Positions 37,353 to 50,060 of a stretch of DNA of 64,000 nucleotides are shown piece after piece (within the stretch, counting starts at the first letter, position 1; each line of letters begins with the position of its first letter). Below the pieces are notes generated by a model, which saw only the letters and a list, made by a program, of their open reading frames with translations, had not been told where the DNA came from and did no database searches. Source of the stretch: Negaprion brevirostris (taxonomy: Eukaryota); NCBI GenBank assembly GCA_030324005.1, contig JARDVH010000110.1:35365483-35429482 (forward strand), read 5' to 3'. The translations under genes and the position numbers were made by a program.

Positions 37353-37968
37353 ATAAAGTTCTGTACTATCAAATAGTTGTTTAACATTATCATTGGATTT
37401 CTGAATAGGTCTAAAATTTTGGGCTGAATTATGGGCAACTTGTGGCTCTTGTGGCAACTTCCAATAGGAAATTTTTGAGACTCCAGCCTTGTTTGAAATC
37501 CAGAGAAAACAGAATTACAGGATTATAGAATTTTAGAATTGGCCTCACTCTTCTGCTCTTTCCTCATAGTTTTGCACATGCTTTTCCCTTCAAGTAATCC
37601 AATTTTAAAGGTTCCTATTGACACCGCTTCCATTGCATTTCTGTCTCAACTAAGGCACCCAACATAAATCTCAGTCTTTGTATCTTCTCTCTCACACACA
37701 TCCCACCCTCGTTCCTTTTTTCTGTCTTACTGTACCAGTGCTCAACCAGTTATTTCTCTTCCCCCATCTTACTGCTCACTCTCTATCCCTTTTTCTTCCA
37801 CTAGTCTCCCACATCACCCTCAGAGCTCATATCCCTCCCCACTTCTGCTCAGCTCAGCCCAGCAGTTGTCACCTTCTTCCCCAATGCTGAATCCCACATT
37901 GTCTGTTCACCCTAGCTCCTAACTCTCGCTGCAAGCCTTTCCTTCTGAACTAACCCCACAAGCCTCAT

Positions 37969-38104
37969 GGCTGGAATCTTACAACTGTTCGCACCAGTGG
38001 GATATTCTGGTCCCAGTGCAGTGAATGGAGATTTGGCTGTGTGCCAAATTCTTCATCCTTGCTGCAACAGCAGCGGGGCATGAATGCTGGTAAGAGCACA
38101 TCCC
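37969..38104. mobile_element. Short palindromic MITE
   Basis: Termini ggctggaatcttac ... gtaagagcacatcc; central hairpin gaatggagatttggc / gccaaattcttcatcc. Confidence 0.6.
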
Positions 38105-39542
38105 ATTCTTTGTTTTCCCCCATCAACTGGTCTTGTTTCCAATTACTTCTCAGTCAAGGCTGGCTCTCTGCAGCAGCAAGGGGATGGCAATACTGAGGCA
38201 AGAGCCTTTTCTGGGCAGCAGCTGGTGACATCATGGTGTAGGGGTGCAGTGGTATTGGTGGCGTTGTTGCGTTTCCTGGAAGGAGATTTGAAGTGCGAAA
38301 ATGCATCTTCAAAGCTGCTTACAGGCTTTCACCTCAATTGCTTTCTTCTTCCCAGGCCCCATTCACTCTCTTTTCCTGGCTTGAAAGCTGTTTGTCCTCC
38401 ACTGTCTTTCTTTCCNNNNNNNNNNNNNNNNNNNNNNNNNNNNNNNNNNNNNNNNNNNNNNNNNNNNNNNNNNNNNNNNNNNNNNNNNNNNNNNNNNNNN
38501 NNNNNNNNNNNNNNNNNNNNNNNNNNNNNNNNNNNNNNNNNNNNNNNNNNNNNNNNNNNNNNNNNNNNNNNNNNNNNNNNNNNNNAATGATTATTTTGTT
38601 TATTTTTTTGCATTATATATTTTTGAGTATATTCTAAATTGAATAAGGAAACTTTTCACATGGATCATTCATTGTAGCATCTTGAATAAGTGTCCTGGCC
38701 ACACCATTTATTCAGTGCATCCTATTTGGTTAGGTCCATTGAATAATTCAGCAATTATAAGGTGGTTATAATTACCTTATGATGGTATACTGTGGTCAGA
38801 CAGTGAGGATTTTGTTTTTTGTTCGGTGGCTCAATTTAATTAGCTGTTTATCTCAAACCAATTTCAGTGCCTTAACATTGAGGATGTTTAATGCTTTGCT
38901 CATCCTGTTCATGCCTTACAATTGAATCCTTATTCTCATTTTGCATAGACTTACAAGGAGCAAAGTGCAAACAACACCATGAAGCATCAAAGCATAAGGT
39001 GTCCACATTATCCCATCCCAATTTGTTGTGCTGAAAGGTAAAAGTTACATTTATGAGACACATTATCATCCCACACATCCCAAACACTTCAAACACAATG
39101 CATGACTTTGAAGTGGAATCACTGCCATTGTTATGCGAGGAAAATATTCAGGTCAGTTATGGTGCCTATTTTACTGATTGAAAACCTTATAGATCAGAAG
39201 GTGCTGGGTTCAGAAAGAAAAGGAAAGAAAGAGCCTGCATTATATAATGCCTTTCACAGCCTCAGGGCATCCCAAAGCAGTTACAGCCAATAAAAGTGAA
39301 AGGCAGACTCGGAAATCCAAAGGCTGATGGAGCAAAATCCGTGGTACATCTCTACGGGATTCTTGGAGCATGCACTCCAGGAACATTTTTCAATATGCAT
39401 TAATGTCTATGCATTTCAGCTTCACTGGATTTTTGGAACAAGGACACATAGGAACCAGTGGATTTCATGGTTCCCTCTGTCTGTGTTCCAAACATACAGG
39501 CAACTCATTGGCAAATTTATGGGCCCTTCAACATTAAAACTA

Positions 39543-39868
39543 GGCACAGTGGTTAGCACTGCTATCTTACCCAGCATCAGGGACCCAGATTCAATTCAGG
39601 CTTTGGGTGAGAATCTGTGTGGCGTTCTCTCCATGTCAGCGTGGGTTTCCTCCAGGTGCTCAGGTTTCCTCCCACAGTCCAGAGATGTGCAGATTAGGTG
39701 GATTGGCCATGCTGAATTGCCTCTTAGTGCAATACATCACATGGTTTAGCCATTATAAGTGTGCAGGGAATAGGGTGGGGAGGAGGTCTGTGTAATGTTC
39801 TTTCAGAGAGTTGGTGCATTCTTGATGGGCTGAATGGTCTCCTTCTGCACTGTAAGGATTCCATGGAT
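39543..39868 (+). mobile_element. V-SINE
   Basis: ggcacagtggttagcactgct...gtgggtttcctccaggtgctcaggtttcctcccacagtcc...ttaggtggattggccatgct...ctgcactgtaaggattcc. Confidence 0.9.
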
Positions 39869-40159
39869 TGTGTCCAAAGCCATTTCAATTCATACGGTTA
39901 TGTTGGTTTCTCCATTCACGTCCAAGATGCCATCATTTATTTCTGTTGCTATTGAGCACATTACTATTTGACCTATCTTCTTTGATCTATTTAGTCCATA
40001 TTCCAAATCATTCAGTAGTTACTCCAAAGCCAGCCATCGTGCATCGGGACTTATAAAACTTGTAGAGGTACCAACTATCAATTATGAGGGAGTGTAACTT
40101 CAATATGTTTATTTGTAATTGGAAGTTGTGCATTTTCTAAATGTTAGTGTGTTATAGGG

Positions 40160-40830
40160 ACAGAGAAACAAGAGCAGATATTCCCCTTGGGTGTGCAGCC
40201 ATTCTATCGCTGATCTGTCTCTTAAGTCCATTCACCTACATGGGTATCCTTCGTATCCCATTTAACCTCCAACTTATGAATTATTAATGAAATGACATCT
40301 CTTTGTGTGAGAGTTCCACAATTCTACCACCCTTTTGTGTGAATAAATGCTTTCTAAGGATTATGGGGAGAAGGCAGAAAAAATGGGGATGAGGAGCATA
40401 TCAGCCATGATCAAATTGTGGAGCAGACTCAATGGACTTAATCTGCTCCTCTATCTTATGAATTATATTTTCCTGAATGGCTAGACTTGAATTTTACCAT
40501 TATGTGTACCTTTTATCAATGGAATCTACCCTTCAATTATTTAAAACAATTCTTAGATTTCGAACAAATCACTACTTAACCTTCTATATTCCAAAGAATA
40601 TAGTTTACTTCATATCATGTTTCTCACAATCTAACGTTTGGATCCCTGGTAATGTTCTGGTGAATCTGTGCTACAGTCCTTCCAAGATCAATAAATCTTT
40701 TAGAAAGTGCGGTGCCCAAAATTGCACACAGTGCTCCGATATGGTCTAACCAGGACTTTGTGTAGCTGCAGCAAAATGTCCTCGTCTTTATACTCTAGTC
40801 CTATTCTCATTAGGCTAACATTCCATTCAC
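40160..40830 (-). mobile_element. Old CR1 3' fragment with a plus-strand CR1 tail nested at ~40355-40465
   Basis: ggtgcccaaaattgcacacagtgctcc (reverse complement of EHCVQFWAP); nested ggattatggggagaaggcag...tcagccatgatc...ctgctcct. Confidence 0.7.
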
Positions 40831-41056
40831 ACATTTGGTTACATTACAAATGCAATGTTTTTGACAAAATTTTAAATATAAAAGCATTTGTAAATATGTG
40901 TGATGTATATTTCAAGTTTTGTATATACGCAGGATGAAGAAGCAGTTTGCGTATTCAATCAATAAACCATTACTGGAACAATGCAGCATTATTGCTTTAC
41001 CAAGCAATGAGCTACACTTTGTCAAAGATTAAGAAATCCACATAAAACATTTCCCA

Positions 41057-41058
<2 letters not shown>

Positions 41059-41088
<30 letters not shown>
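41059..41088. repeat. (TC)n microsatellite
   Basis: Perfect tc run of about 14 units. Confidence 0.95.
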
Positions 41089-41090
<2 letters not shown>

Positions 41091-41419
41091 TTGTGGCTGA
41101 AATGCATTTGAAGGACAGTCTTGTACTTGTCTATCCTTGTATATCTTTTTATCACATTAGGCTCCAGAATGCATTCCAGTCATTGCTTTGCTTCAATTAG
41201 GTTTTCTTCTCCTATGATAGAGTACTGGGTCTCTCAGCTGATGCTGTACTAAACTGAAGGTGGTAGGCCCTTGGGGTTAAGTCACAGCTTTTCATCCATC
41301 TAAGGTGGATAACATTAATAAGTGAATGCCACATCTGAGGATGTAGAGGGAGATCACAAGCCTGCAGGGACAGCATGCAGTCCTCGCCACATTGTCACCG
41401 GCACTATCCTTGGACACTC

Positions 41420-41830
41420 ACACAATCTTACAGCACAACAGGAGACAATTTGGCTATTGTGCCTGTGTTGGCTCTTTGAAAGAACCACCTAATTAGTCCC
41501 ACTTCCCTGCTCTTTTTCCATAGCCCTTTAAGTTTTTTTTTATTACTTTTCAATGCATTTACCCATTACCTTTTGAAAATTAGCATTGAATCCTTTCAGG
41601 CAGTTCATTCCAATTCATAACTTGCTGCATTAAAAAAGCTTTTTCCTTGTTCCCTCTTGGCTTCTTTTGCAAATTTTCTTGAACCTGTGTCCTTTTGTTA
41701 CTAACTTCCTATCACTGGGATATATGTCTCCTTTAGTTTATCACAAGCCTATGAAGTTTTGAACACTGTAATTAAATCCTCCATTGATCTTCTCAACCTA
41801 CAGTGGATAGTCCTAGATTCACCAGTAACT
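41420..41830 (-). mobile_element. Old CR1 3' end
   Basis: acagcacaacaggagacaatttggc...ggctctttgaaagaacc...ttcaggcagttcattccaa. Confidence 0.7.
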
Positions 41831-41899
41831 GAAATCCTCTTGTAAGAGCCCTGGCTCTCAGCAGGATGGGGGGGTCAGCACCACCCAAAACTTCTCTCT

Positions 41900-42610
41900 G
41901 TCCACACCCTCCTCGCTTTCTTTCTCCCCTCCCCCCTTTCTTTCTCTTTCTCTCTACCCCCTTTCTCTTTCTCTCTACCTCCTTTCTTTGTCTTCCCCCA
42001 TCCCTTTCTTTCTTTATCCCTGCCCTCCCTTCTTTCTCCCTTCCCCCTTCTTTCTCCCCACCCCCCTTTTTTCTCCCATCTCCCCTTCTCTTTCTTTCTC
42101 TCTCCCCTTCTCTTTCTTTCTCCCTCNNNNNNNNNNNNNNNNNNNNNNNNNNNNNNNNNNNNNNNNNNNNNNNNNNNNNNNNNNNNNNNNNNNNNNNNNN
42201 NNNNNNNNNNNNNNNNNNNNNNNNNNNNNNNNNNNNNNNNNNNNNNNNNNNNNNNNNNNNNNNNNNNNNNNNNNNNNNNNNNNNNNNNNNNNNNNNNNNN
42301 NNNNNNNNNNNNNNNNNNNNNNNNNNNNNNNNNNNNNNNNNNNNNNNNNNNNNNNNNNNNNNNNNNNNNNNNNNNNNNNNNNNNNNNNNNNNNNNNNNNN
42401 NNNNNNNNNNNNNNNNNNNNNNNNNNNNNNNNNNNNNNNNNNNNNNNNNNNNNNNNNNNNNNNNNNNNNNNNNNNNNNNNNNNNNNNNNNNNNNNNNNNN
42501 NNNNNNNNNNNNNNNNNNNNNNNNNNNNNNNNNNNNNNNCTCTCTTTCTCCCTCCCCCCTCTCTCTCTTTCTCTCTCTATCCCCCTCCTTCTCTTTCTGT
42601 CCTCCTCTTT
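41900..42610. repeat. Polypyrimidine (CT-rich) low-complexity tract spanning a gap
   Basis: Almost only C/T on the plus strand on both sides of the Ns. Confidence 0.9.
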
Positions 42611-43629
42611 AATGAGTAAAACCTTGAGTTTTTTTTATTGTGTTATCTAACTGGAACTCATTACTTTTGTGGCCTTAATGTGTTACACCATCATTGGCAA
42701 GCAATTAGATCTTCCACTTTATTCTGATGCAGCAGCTCACAAAAGCTTATATTAGCTCACGGGAAGTCTCAAAGAATGTCAAATGAAAACTCCCAATCTT
42801 TTCTCCAACTGTAAGTTTGCGTGTTATTTATTTAATAGATAGAAGTTCTATTGGCATAGAATCGCTTCTCACTAATCATGTTAAAGTCACAATTCCAAAC
42901 ACATTTGACAGCAAACTTCACAGCCACTGGATGAAATTTGGAATCTAGTAAGGCATGTGTTTACATTGAGAATTTTTAAAGCCGATGTACACAGTGTCCA
43001 TGAGTGGCGAGAAGTGGAAGTCTGGTGGACTCTTGCTCCAAACTCTGTATCTCTGAACTTACCATTCCCCTTTCATTTCTGAACCATCTGTTGCCATTTC
43101 TAGCTGAACCCTCTTGTAAGGCATACAAATTAAATTGTGAGCTTAATGTGGGATTCCAGTGCATTTTGCTACAACCAATGGACGGACCAAGTGCTGTACC
43201 ACATCTGCCCATTGATACTGGGTATAGAGCAGCAATGTAACAAGCAGTCCTTATTACCACTGCAGACTAATCTGACAAAAAAAGGTGTACGTTTTCAGAA
43301 TAATTTGTCTGAGATCATGAATGCTCCTTTTACCCTCACAAAAATCTTCTGGTCCATTGGTAATCTCATTTGGGCCCCTTTTTCTATCAATTTTGATGCA
43401 GGCTAAGCTTGGCAGAAGAACCAGAAGACTTTCCAATCAGTGTGCTACTTGATTGTTGGTGAAAGGCTCAAAGCTCATCAATCAGATTGAATTGAATCAT
43501 AGTCCATTATCAGTTATGGAATAATTTCCTACAGCCATTCAAAGGAGGTTATAAATTCATCGTGGAAGAGCTTTGCTGCCCTATAGATATTTGTTAGGTT
43601 TTCAAGCCAAAAGCCTCAGTCCTTACTTG

Positions 43630-44100
43630 AGACTGGCACTGGAGGGGGTGCAGAGGAGATTCACTAGATTGATTCCAGAGTTGAGAAGAGACTGAGGAGA
43701 CAGGAACTATACTCAATTGAATTTAGAAGAACGAGGGGAGATCTTTTAGAAACATAAGATTATGAAGGGAATAGATAAGACAGAAGCAGGGAAGTTGTTT
43801 TCACTGGGAGGTGAAACTAGAAGTAGGGGGCATAGTCTCAAAATAAGGGGGAGCAGATATAAGACTGAGTTGAGGAGGAACTTTTTTATCCAAAGGGTTG
43901 TTAAATCTGTGGAATTCCCTGCCCAGTGAAGCAGTTGAGGCTACCTCATTGAATACTTTTAAGAACAGTAAAGGAATTAAGGGTTATGGTGAGTGGGCAA
44001 GTAAGTGGAGCTGAGTTCATGAAAATGTTAGCCATGATCTTATTGAATGGCTGAGCAGGATCGAGGGGCCAGATGGCCTACTCTGCTTCTAGTTCTTATG
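43630..44100 (+). mobile_element. CR1 3' fragment
   Basis: ALEGVQRRFTRLIPEL...EFRRTRGDL...SRGHSLKIRG; tail ggccagatggcctactctgcttctagttcttatg. Confidence 0.9.
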
Positions 44101-44519
44101 AGTACCCTCACCATTGGGCAGCTATAGTATTTTGATCTTAACATAAGTTCAAGATCTCAGGTTTGATCTAGTTAAGCAGCATACAATGTAAATATTCCAA
44201 AAAATATTATAGGACATTTTCAGAGAATTTAAATGAATAGACAATGGCTATGTTCAAGTATCTGTCCATCTTTCCCTGTTAGGTATTTGAGAATTTGCAG
44301 GCTGAAAAATCTCTGGACCCCTCCGTTGATCAATTGAGTTTGCACCCATTCATCCAATTAAAATTTTAGACTCTTTGTTTTCCTATGGTGAGGCAGCAGT
44401 GTTAACCACTGTGCATAATACCATGACTATGCAGAATCATCTGAAATTCACATTATCACTCTGTCAGCCATAGTAACACTCTCAATTTTAAAGCTTGTGG
44501 ATTACCTAAACCTTGATAG

Positions 44520-44800
44520 ACTATTGGACTCCAAATTAAGCTAAAAATGTCCTCAGTCTGAATAAACATCCATCCCCCACAACCCTTTGCTTCCTGTCAC
44601 TGAATCAGTGTTATAGCCAAACCGATAATCTCCCCTTATTTCCATGTGCTTTCATCTTCTAAATAAGTGTCCTATGTGGCACTTTATTGAATGCATTCAA
44701 CAGCTATTGGACTACCTTGAGCAACCTACTCATCAAAGAATTAAATCAAGATGGTCAGACAAAATTTATCTTTAACAAATCATTACTGGTTATCCATGAT
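44520..44800 (-). mobile_element. Old CR1 RT fragment
   Basis: cctatgtggcactttattgaatgcattc (reverse complement of AFNKVPHR) and catcccccacaaccctttg...tgaatcag. Confidence 0.55.
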
Positions 44801-45699
44801 GATCAAAAGCTGGAAAGGCATGAGAACAGCAGTGTCTTAAATCCAATTGTTCAAAAACTGGAATTGTTTGAAAAACAGACTTTTTAGAATGTACTGTGCA
44901 TCAAGTTGAATTGAGTAAACTTTAAAAATAATTAACTTACCTGGACAATTTGGCTAGGCATAGCTTTGGCTGTGTGACATTGTACTAGTTATGGTTTGTC
45001 TGTTTGCCAGTCTACTCCATGCCAGTCAATTGTTGTGGTTGCAGCAACTCTTGCTCTCACCTGACCTACTTAGTCTGATCCTCCCACTGTCCAACCAAAA
45101 TCCTGCAAGAACCAAAATCATGTATTGCCTCTGTCCCAGTTGCCAGTTTTGAGAGACATGGCATGAATTTTCATCCTTGATGCAGGTAGTAGGAGTTGAA
45201 ACCATTTCTAGTTCTGCCATCAAATCACCTCAGGAAGAAATGTTTGCAAAGGTGGAATCTTCATTACTGGTTGTGGGCAGGGTGTGGGCTGGAGCCTGGC
45301 CAACTGATTCAGGAATGCGTTCAGAAGCAGTCACAGACTGAGGTACCAAGGTGAGCCATTTAAAAGGTCCAGGTCAATACTGCGGTACTTATCCACAGTT
45401 AAACTAAAAACACAAAGGCCTTTTAGCCCTCATCCCATCACCATTCACATCGCCTCAATCCTCACGCACTTTCCAACATCCCCTTATGGTCCCTCGTGCT
45501 CCCTGTCACTTCCATCCCTGTTGACCTACTATACATATGCACAATGAAAGAACACTGTGGTGACAGTTGGATGTGTTTTTTAAAAAAAACTTCTAAAAAA
45601 TAATTCATATATTTCTACCATATGTGTTGAGGAGGAAGGAAAGGAGCAGCAGCAGTAGCAGGCAATGAGTGAGGATATGCTTAGAAATGTACCACCTAG

Positions 45700-46135
45700 T
45701 AAAATCCAGAGAGAGACTGTAAAGGGATATATACTGGTTAAGTGTTTGGGCAAGAAGGCAACAGGTGCAATGTAGGGAAATGTGAAATTATCCATATAAA
45801 ATTCTTATGTAGACAGGGTAAATACTGTGGTGCTGTTTCCCTGGATTGGTGGTATAGAACTAGGGTTCATAATCTTAAGATAGGAAATCAACCATTTCGA
45901 AATAAGATGACAAAAATTTTCTTTACTCAGGGTTGTGAGACTTTGAAATTATCTGCACCCCAGGGTTTTGATGCTTAGTCACTGAATCTATTTATTACTA
46001 AGTTTGATAATTTTTGAGCACCAAAGGAAAATAAGTGGTATGGTGCTAAGGCGGGAGGGTGGGGTCAATGCAGAAGATCAGGCATGATCTTATTCAGTGG
46101 TGTAGTAAATTGCATGACCTCACCTGATCCTATGT
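45700..46135 (+). mobile_element. CR1 3' fragment
   Basis: CNVGKCEIIH...RTRVHNLKIGNQPFRNKMTKIFFTQ; 3' UTR gatcaggcatgatcttatt. Confidence 0.8.
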
Positions 46136-47367
46136 ATTACCTTCTTAGACCCTAGCTTAAGAAGTTTAACTTCACCCTCCTTTTCAGTTTCAAGACCTTT
46201 TTATAAGAGAAAAATTATGGAGGACATAGCATAGTAGTGCTGTTCACAAATTAATTCTTGAACATTACTATGGAGATTCTTGGCCTATTTAAATACCTGA
46301 ATCTTTCCTTCAATATGTTTATAAATTGTTTGATTTTAATTAATGTGCTGACGTGAGCCTCATAGTGGTCATCCACAGTACTAATGGTCTTTTGCAGTGG
46401 TGTTAGCCAACTTCGTACAATTAGATATCCTTCATCTCCAAGAAGCTAACCTTCACCTTGCCCTTGATTCTGAAGAGTGCAAGGGCACTAGTCTGCTGAA
46501 GGATTAATGAGGTATGGCAGGTTTCTGCATATTGGACATTGATGTGTAAAAATCTATGCCTGTAGCCATACACTAATTGGACACTTGGGGACTGAAATCT
46601 CTTTGGGTTCACAAAGTAGTGTGGGCTCACAGCAGGAGCTTATATGGCCCTGAATGTCCAATTATTAGAACTATTGCTCCCAGCCCTCCTAGGAAGCCAG
46701 TGAGCTGATAAAAAGTAATGGCATGCTCACTCATCTGTCTTGCTTCTGCATCAAATTTAATTAACTAAGATGACCTGCCAAACACGGCATTAATTATGTG
46801 CCTCATGCAAGAACAGACAGCAAATTGACTGACCTGTCAGAAGTTGCCACTTGCCCCTTGGAATGATCCTATGGCAAGGACATTATGAGCAGATGTCCAT
46901 TGAAGAACTGAATGTTACAAACATCTATCTTGTCTCTTGCTCCCATGCCAATTTTTTTAGACCTTCATAATTGTTCTAACTGTATCAGCTTCTAACAATA
47001 CTGTACATTTCTGGAAATTCCTGACATTAAGACTCATAAACATTCAGTGTCAAACATTCCCTTTCTTTTTCCTCATGACTATTCCTGTTGTGTCACCTTG
47101 GGGTCTAAAGATAACATGACTGTCCTGAATAACTATGAACATAGTGGAAAAGACGCACTTATCTTCTCAGACTTTGAGACGGTTTGTGTGGGTTTGACAT
47201 GCCGCAGTTTGCTGACTTGAGCTTGTGAAGACATTTTAGGAGATGAGCAATGAATTCTCTTGCATGGCTATGCTAAGGAAAAGCAATTTCCACCGAACAC
47301 TGTTCTCGCATAAGATCTGGGAACATGACAGAGTTAATAATCCTTAAATCCTTAAAGAAGAATATTT

Positions 47368-47495
47368 TGCAGTGTGAGGAAAGGTCATATATGTTGAAAG
47401 GTTTTGTTTTCTCTATGAATGCTGACTGACGAGATGCGCATTTCCAGATTTTTCTGTTTTTCTTCAATTTCTAGCACCTGCAGTATTTTATTTTT
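47368..47495 (+). mobile_element. Penelope-like pLTR fragment (third family)
   Basis: gtgaggaaaggtcat...tgaaagg...atgctg...ttccagatttttctg...gcacctgcagtatttt; related to 56845-56970. Confidence 0.5.
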
Positions 47496-48369
47496 ATGCC
47501 ATTTGACATGCTGTATTTATGAAGTTCTGCTGTAAAGAAAACTGCTTGCTTTGGTTAAAAATATGTCAATTAAGTTAAAGGTGCTTTGAACTAGATATCA
47601 TTTGATGCATCAAATTTCCACGATGGATCAAAGTTGTCCAATAATGTGTATTTATAGCTCCCATCAAATGCTTAAGTAATCATGTCTGTTTGAACTTGTA
47701 AATATTATGGAGATATCAGTTGATTTCCAGTTCATCAAATGAGTGTAAATCATAACTAGAGAAAGGGGTTAGGAAAGCACAAAATGACAAAGCCCAGGCG
47801 TGATGAGGTACTAGCATTTGGTGCAGGTGGAAATTCAGTGCAAATAATCTCTGGATTGCTAGTTGAGCCATGAGTGCATTGACATAGAATAAAGATCAGG
47901 GAGTTATATGTGTAGCTCAAAGATTGGTGTGGAAGAAATGAGTTTCAGCTCATGAGGCACTGCCATCACTATGAGGGAAAGAAGCAGAGTTTTCTCTGGA
48001 GGTCAAGTGTTTCAGTGCTCTAATGTCTGGGCTGTTCACCAAGAATACATAATAAAGTTTGGCTGAGGGCCATCAGTCCATCAGCCTTTTGAAGCACCTG
48101 GGTCTTAGAGAAAGCATTGTTTGATTCTGAAATCTGGTTCTCTGCTCCATGCAGTCAATTTCAAAATGATTATTTACACAAGATACACAGGTTTTCCAGT
48201 ACTTGCAGTTTCTGCTATTGATGCTTTAAATGGTCCATTTGATTGGCACTTTTATTGGCCTAATGTTAAAAGGACTTTTTTAAAAAGCTACAAAGTTATT
48301 AATGAAATGTTAAACCTTTTATTGCAAACACTAATGTCAGTGTAGGGTTCATTGTCTAAAACATGTGCT

Positions 48370-48473
48370 GGTCAGGTGCATTGACCCAAACAGGTGCCAT
48401 AGTGTGACAACTAGGAGAATTTCACAATAACTTTATTGTAGCCTTGCTTCTTACTAGTAAATAAACTTTACTT
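48370..48473 (+). mobile_element. SINE 3' end with a Rex1-type tail
   Basis: cccaaacaggtgccatagtgtgacaactaggagaatttcacaataactttattg...taaataaactttacttt. Confidence 0.55.
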
Positions 48474-48929
48474 TGTTTCTCTCCAGTATATATTGAGTGA
48501 CGGGGTATGGGAGTTCCATTGTTTGGTATGGGGAGCATAAGAGCTGTTTTGGGTGGGGGGGGAGTGGGTGGCATATTTTTGCATAAGACCCTGGGATTGG
48601 TGAGGGTATGATGTGGCATGGTTGTGTGGAGATGAGGTGATATGAGAGGTGAGGGCTGGAAGGCCTTTCTGGGATGACATCCCACAATACTGAGGTAGGC
48701 CTTTTAATTCTATTAACCAATCTATGTCTGTAACTGGCAGCCCCATGTTTGTCTATGATTGTTTTCCATGGTCATTTGGTCTGACGACACCCCATTCCCC
48801 CACTTCCCCAACAATGAAAACCCCACCTTGGTAATCATTTCTCCCGATGTGGGTGGGCTGAACCAGGCATGTCACTGACTCCCATTACCCATCTTGAGGG
48901 TGGAAGCCTATTCCACAAAGTTCTAAGAA

Positions 48930-49195
48930 TATATACTGAGTGAATGTTTCTCCTTGTGGGGGAACCTAGAACAAAGGGGGCCACAGTTTGCAAATGAGGG
49001 GTCTCCCATTTAATACAGAAATAATGGGAATTTCTTCACTGCAAGTCATTTGGAATTCTCTTCCACAGAGGTCAATGGAGGTCAGGTCATTAAATATCAT
49101 CAGGGTTGAGTTAAACATTTTTAATCACCAAGGGAGTAAAAGATCAGTCAGGAAAGTAGAGTTAAAGCCACAATCACATCAGGTATGATCTTGAG
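48930..49195 (+). mobile_element. CR1 3' fragment
   Basis: EPRTKG-HSLQMRGLPFNTEIM...IWNSLPQRSMEVRSLNI. Confidence 0.75.
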
Positions 49196-49213
49196 ATTTG
49201 CAGTGGCACTGTA

Positions 49214-49453
49214 TACAAGTGCTGATCATGATGTGGAGATGCCGGCATTGTGTAAAAACTTGATGTCTGTGTCGATATGGGCCATTTTCTTGGAGAAGAT
49301 TGTGCATATCGACACAGACGTCAAGTTTTTACACAACATAGGCATCTCCACATCATGACTACCATCAACACTGCAAACTGCCGGATCCAAGTGGAGAGGA
49401 TCTTCAAGAAGATTGCGCATATCGACACAGACCTCAAGTTTTTACAAGTGCTG
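49214..49453. mobile_element. Mini Penelope-derived fold-back insertion containing the element ORF start, with TSD
   Basis: 54-bp arms at 49226-49279 and 49305-49358, then MTTINTANCRIQVERIFKKIAHIDTDLKFLQ. Direct repeat tacaagtgctg at 49214-49224 and 49443-49453. Confidence 0.85.
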
Positions 49454-49593
49454 GTGCCAGACTAAAATATCATTAACTATAGGATTGTGGAGGAGAATCC
49501 AGCCCCTGGCTTCCATTTGTATTTCAGACTAAAATATATGCTTCAGAAGCCATGGCAAGGGTGGAGGGTGGTTGGCCGAGGGGAGGCGGTGGG

Positions 49594-49802
49594 AGGGCGG
49601 TGTTTCTCTGGGTTCTCTGCAGCATGTTTCTCACAGCAGGAGGCGGTGCACTGTTTGTCAGTGGGAGAATCTCCTGATCCAGCCACCAGCAATGGAATTT
49701 CCCATTGACTACGTCCCATGCCACTAGGAAACCTGCAGCGGGGGCGCACAATAGGTGGGACCAGAAGACTCTGCCAGCGTGAACAGTCACAGATTTCCAG
49801 CC
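49594..49802. mobile_element. Harbinger-type MITE (~200 bp)
   Basis: gggcggtgtttctc...agatttccagcc; related to 50602-50792. Confidence 0.65.
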
Positions 49803-49917
49803 AGTATCCTTTCCAACACTGATAATTGGAGTCTTTATTTAATTAGACCGATGTACATTGGTGAATGTTTATATGCTTTAAGATAGTAGTATTCAGTGAC
49901 TTATATTGATGTTGCTA

Positions 49918-50060
49918 AGGAGGTCTTGTGGCACAGTATTAGCATCCCTACCTCTGAACCAAAAGCTCTGGATACAAGTGCAATGCCAAGACTTGTTGGA
50001 CATGGAAGGAGTGGTTGAACGGGCTGATAATCAGCTTGGGAGTCCTTCTATCAGTTCCCC
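49918..50060 (+). mobile_element. tRNA-derived SINE head
   Basis: ggtcttgtggcacagtattagcatccctacctctgaaccaaaagctctggatacaagt (A/B-box-like). A related head lies on the minus strand at ~12260-12325. Confidence 0.55.

Noticed and set aside
49226-49453. CRISPR-like reading of the thrice-repeated catatcgacacagac unit
   Set aside because: One copy is inverted, there are no regular spacers or cas genes, and the context is a vertebrate genome. A rearranged Penelope end explains it.
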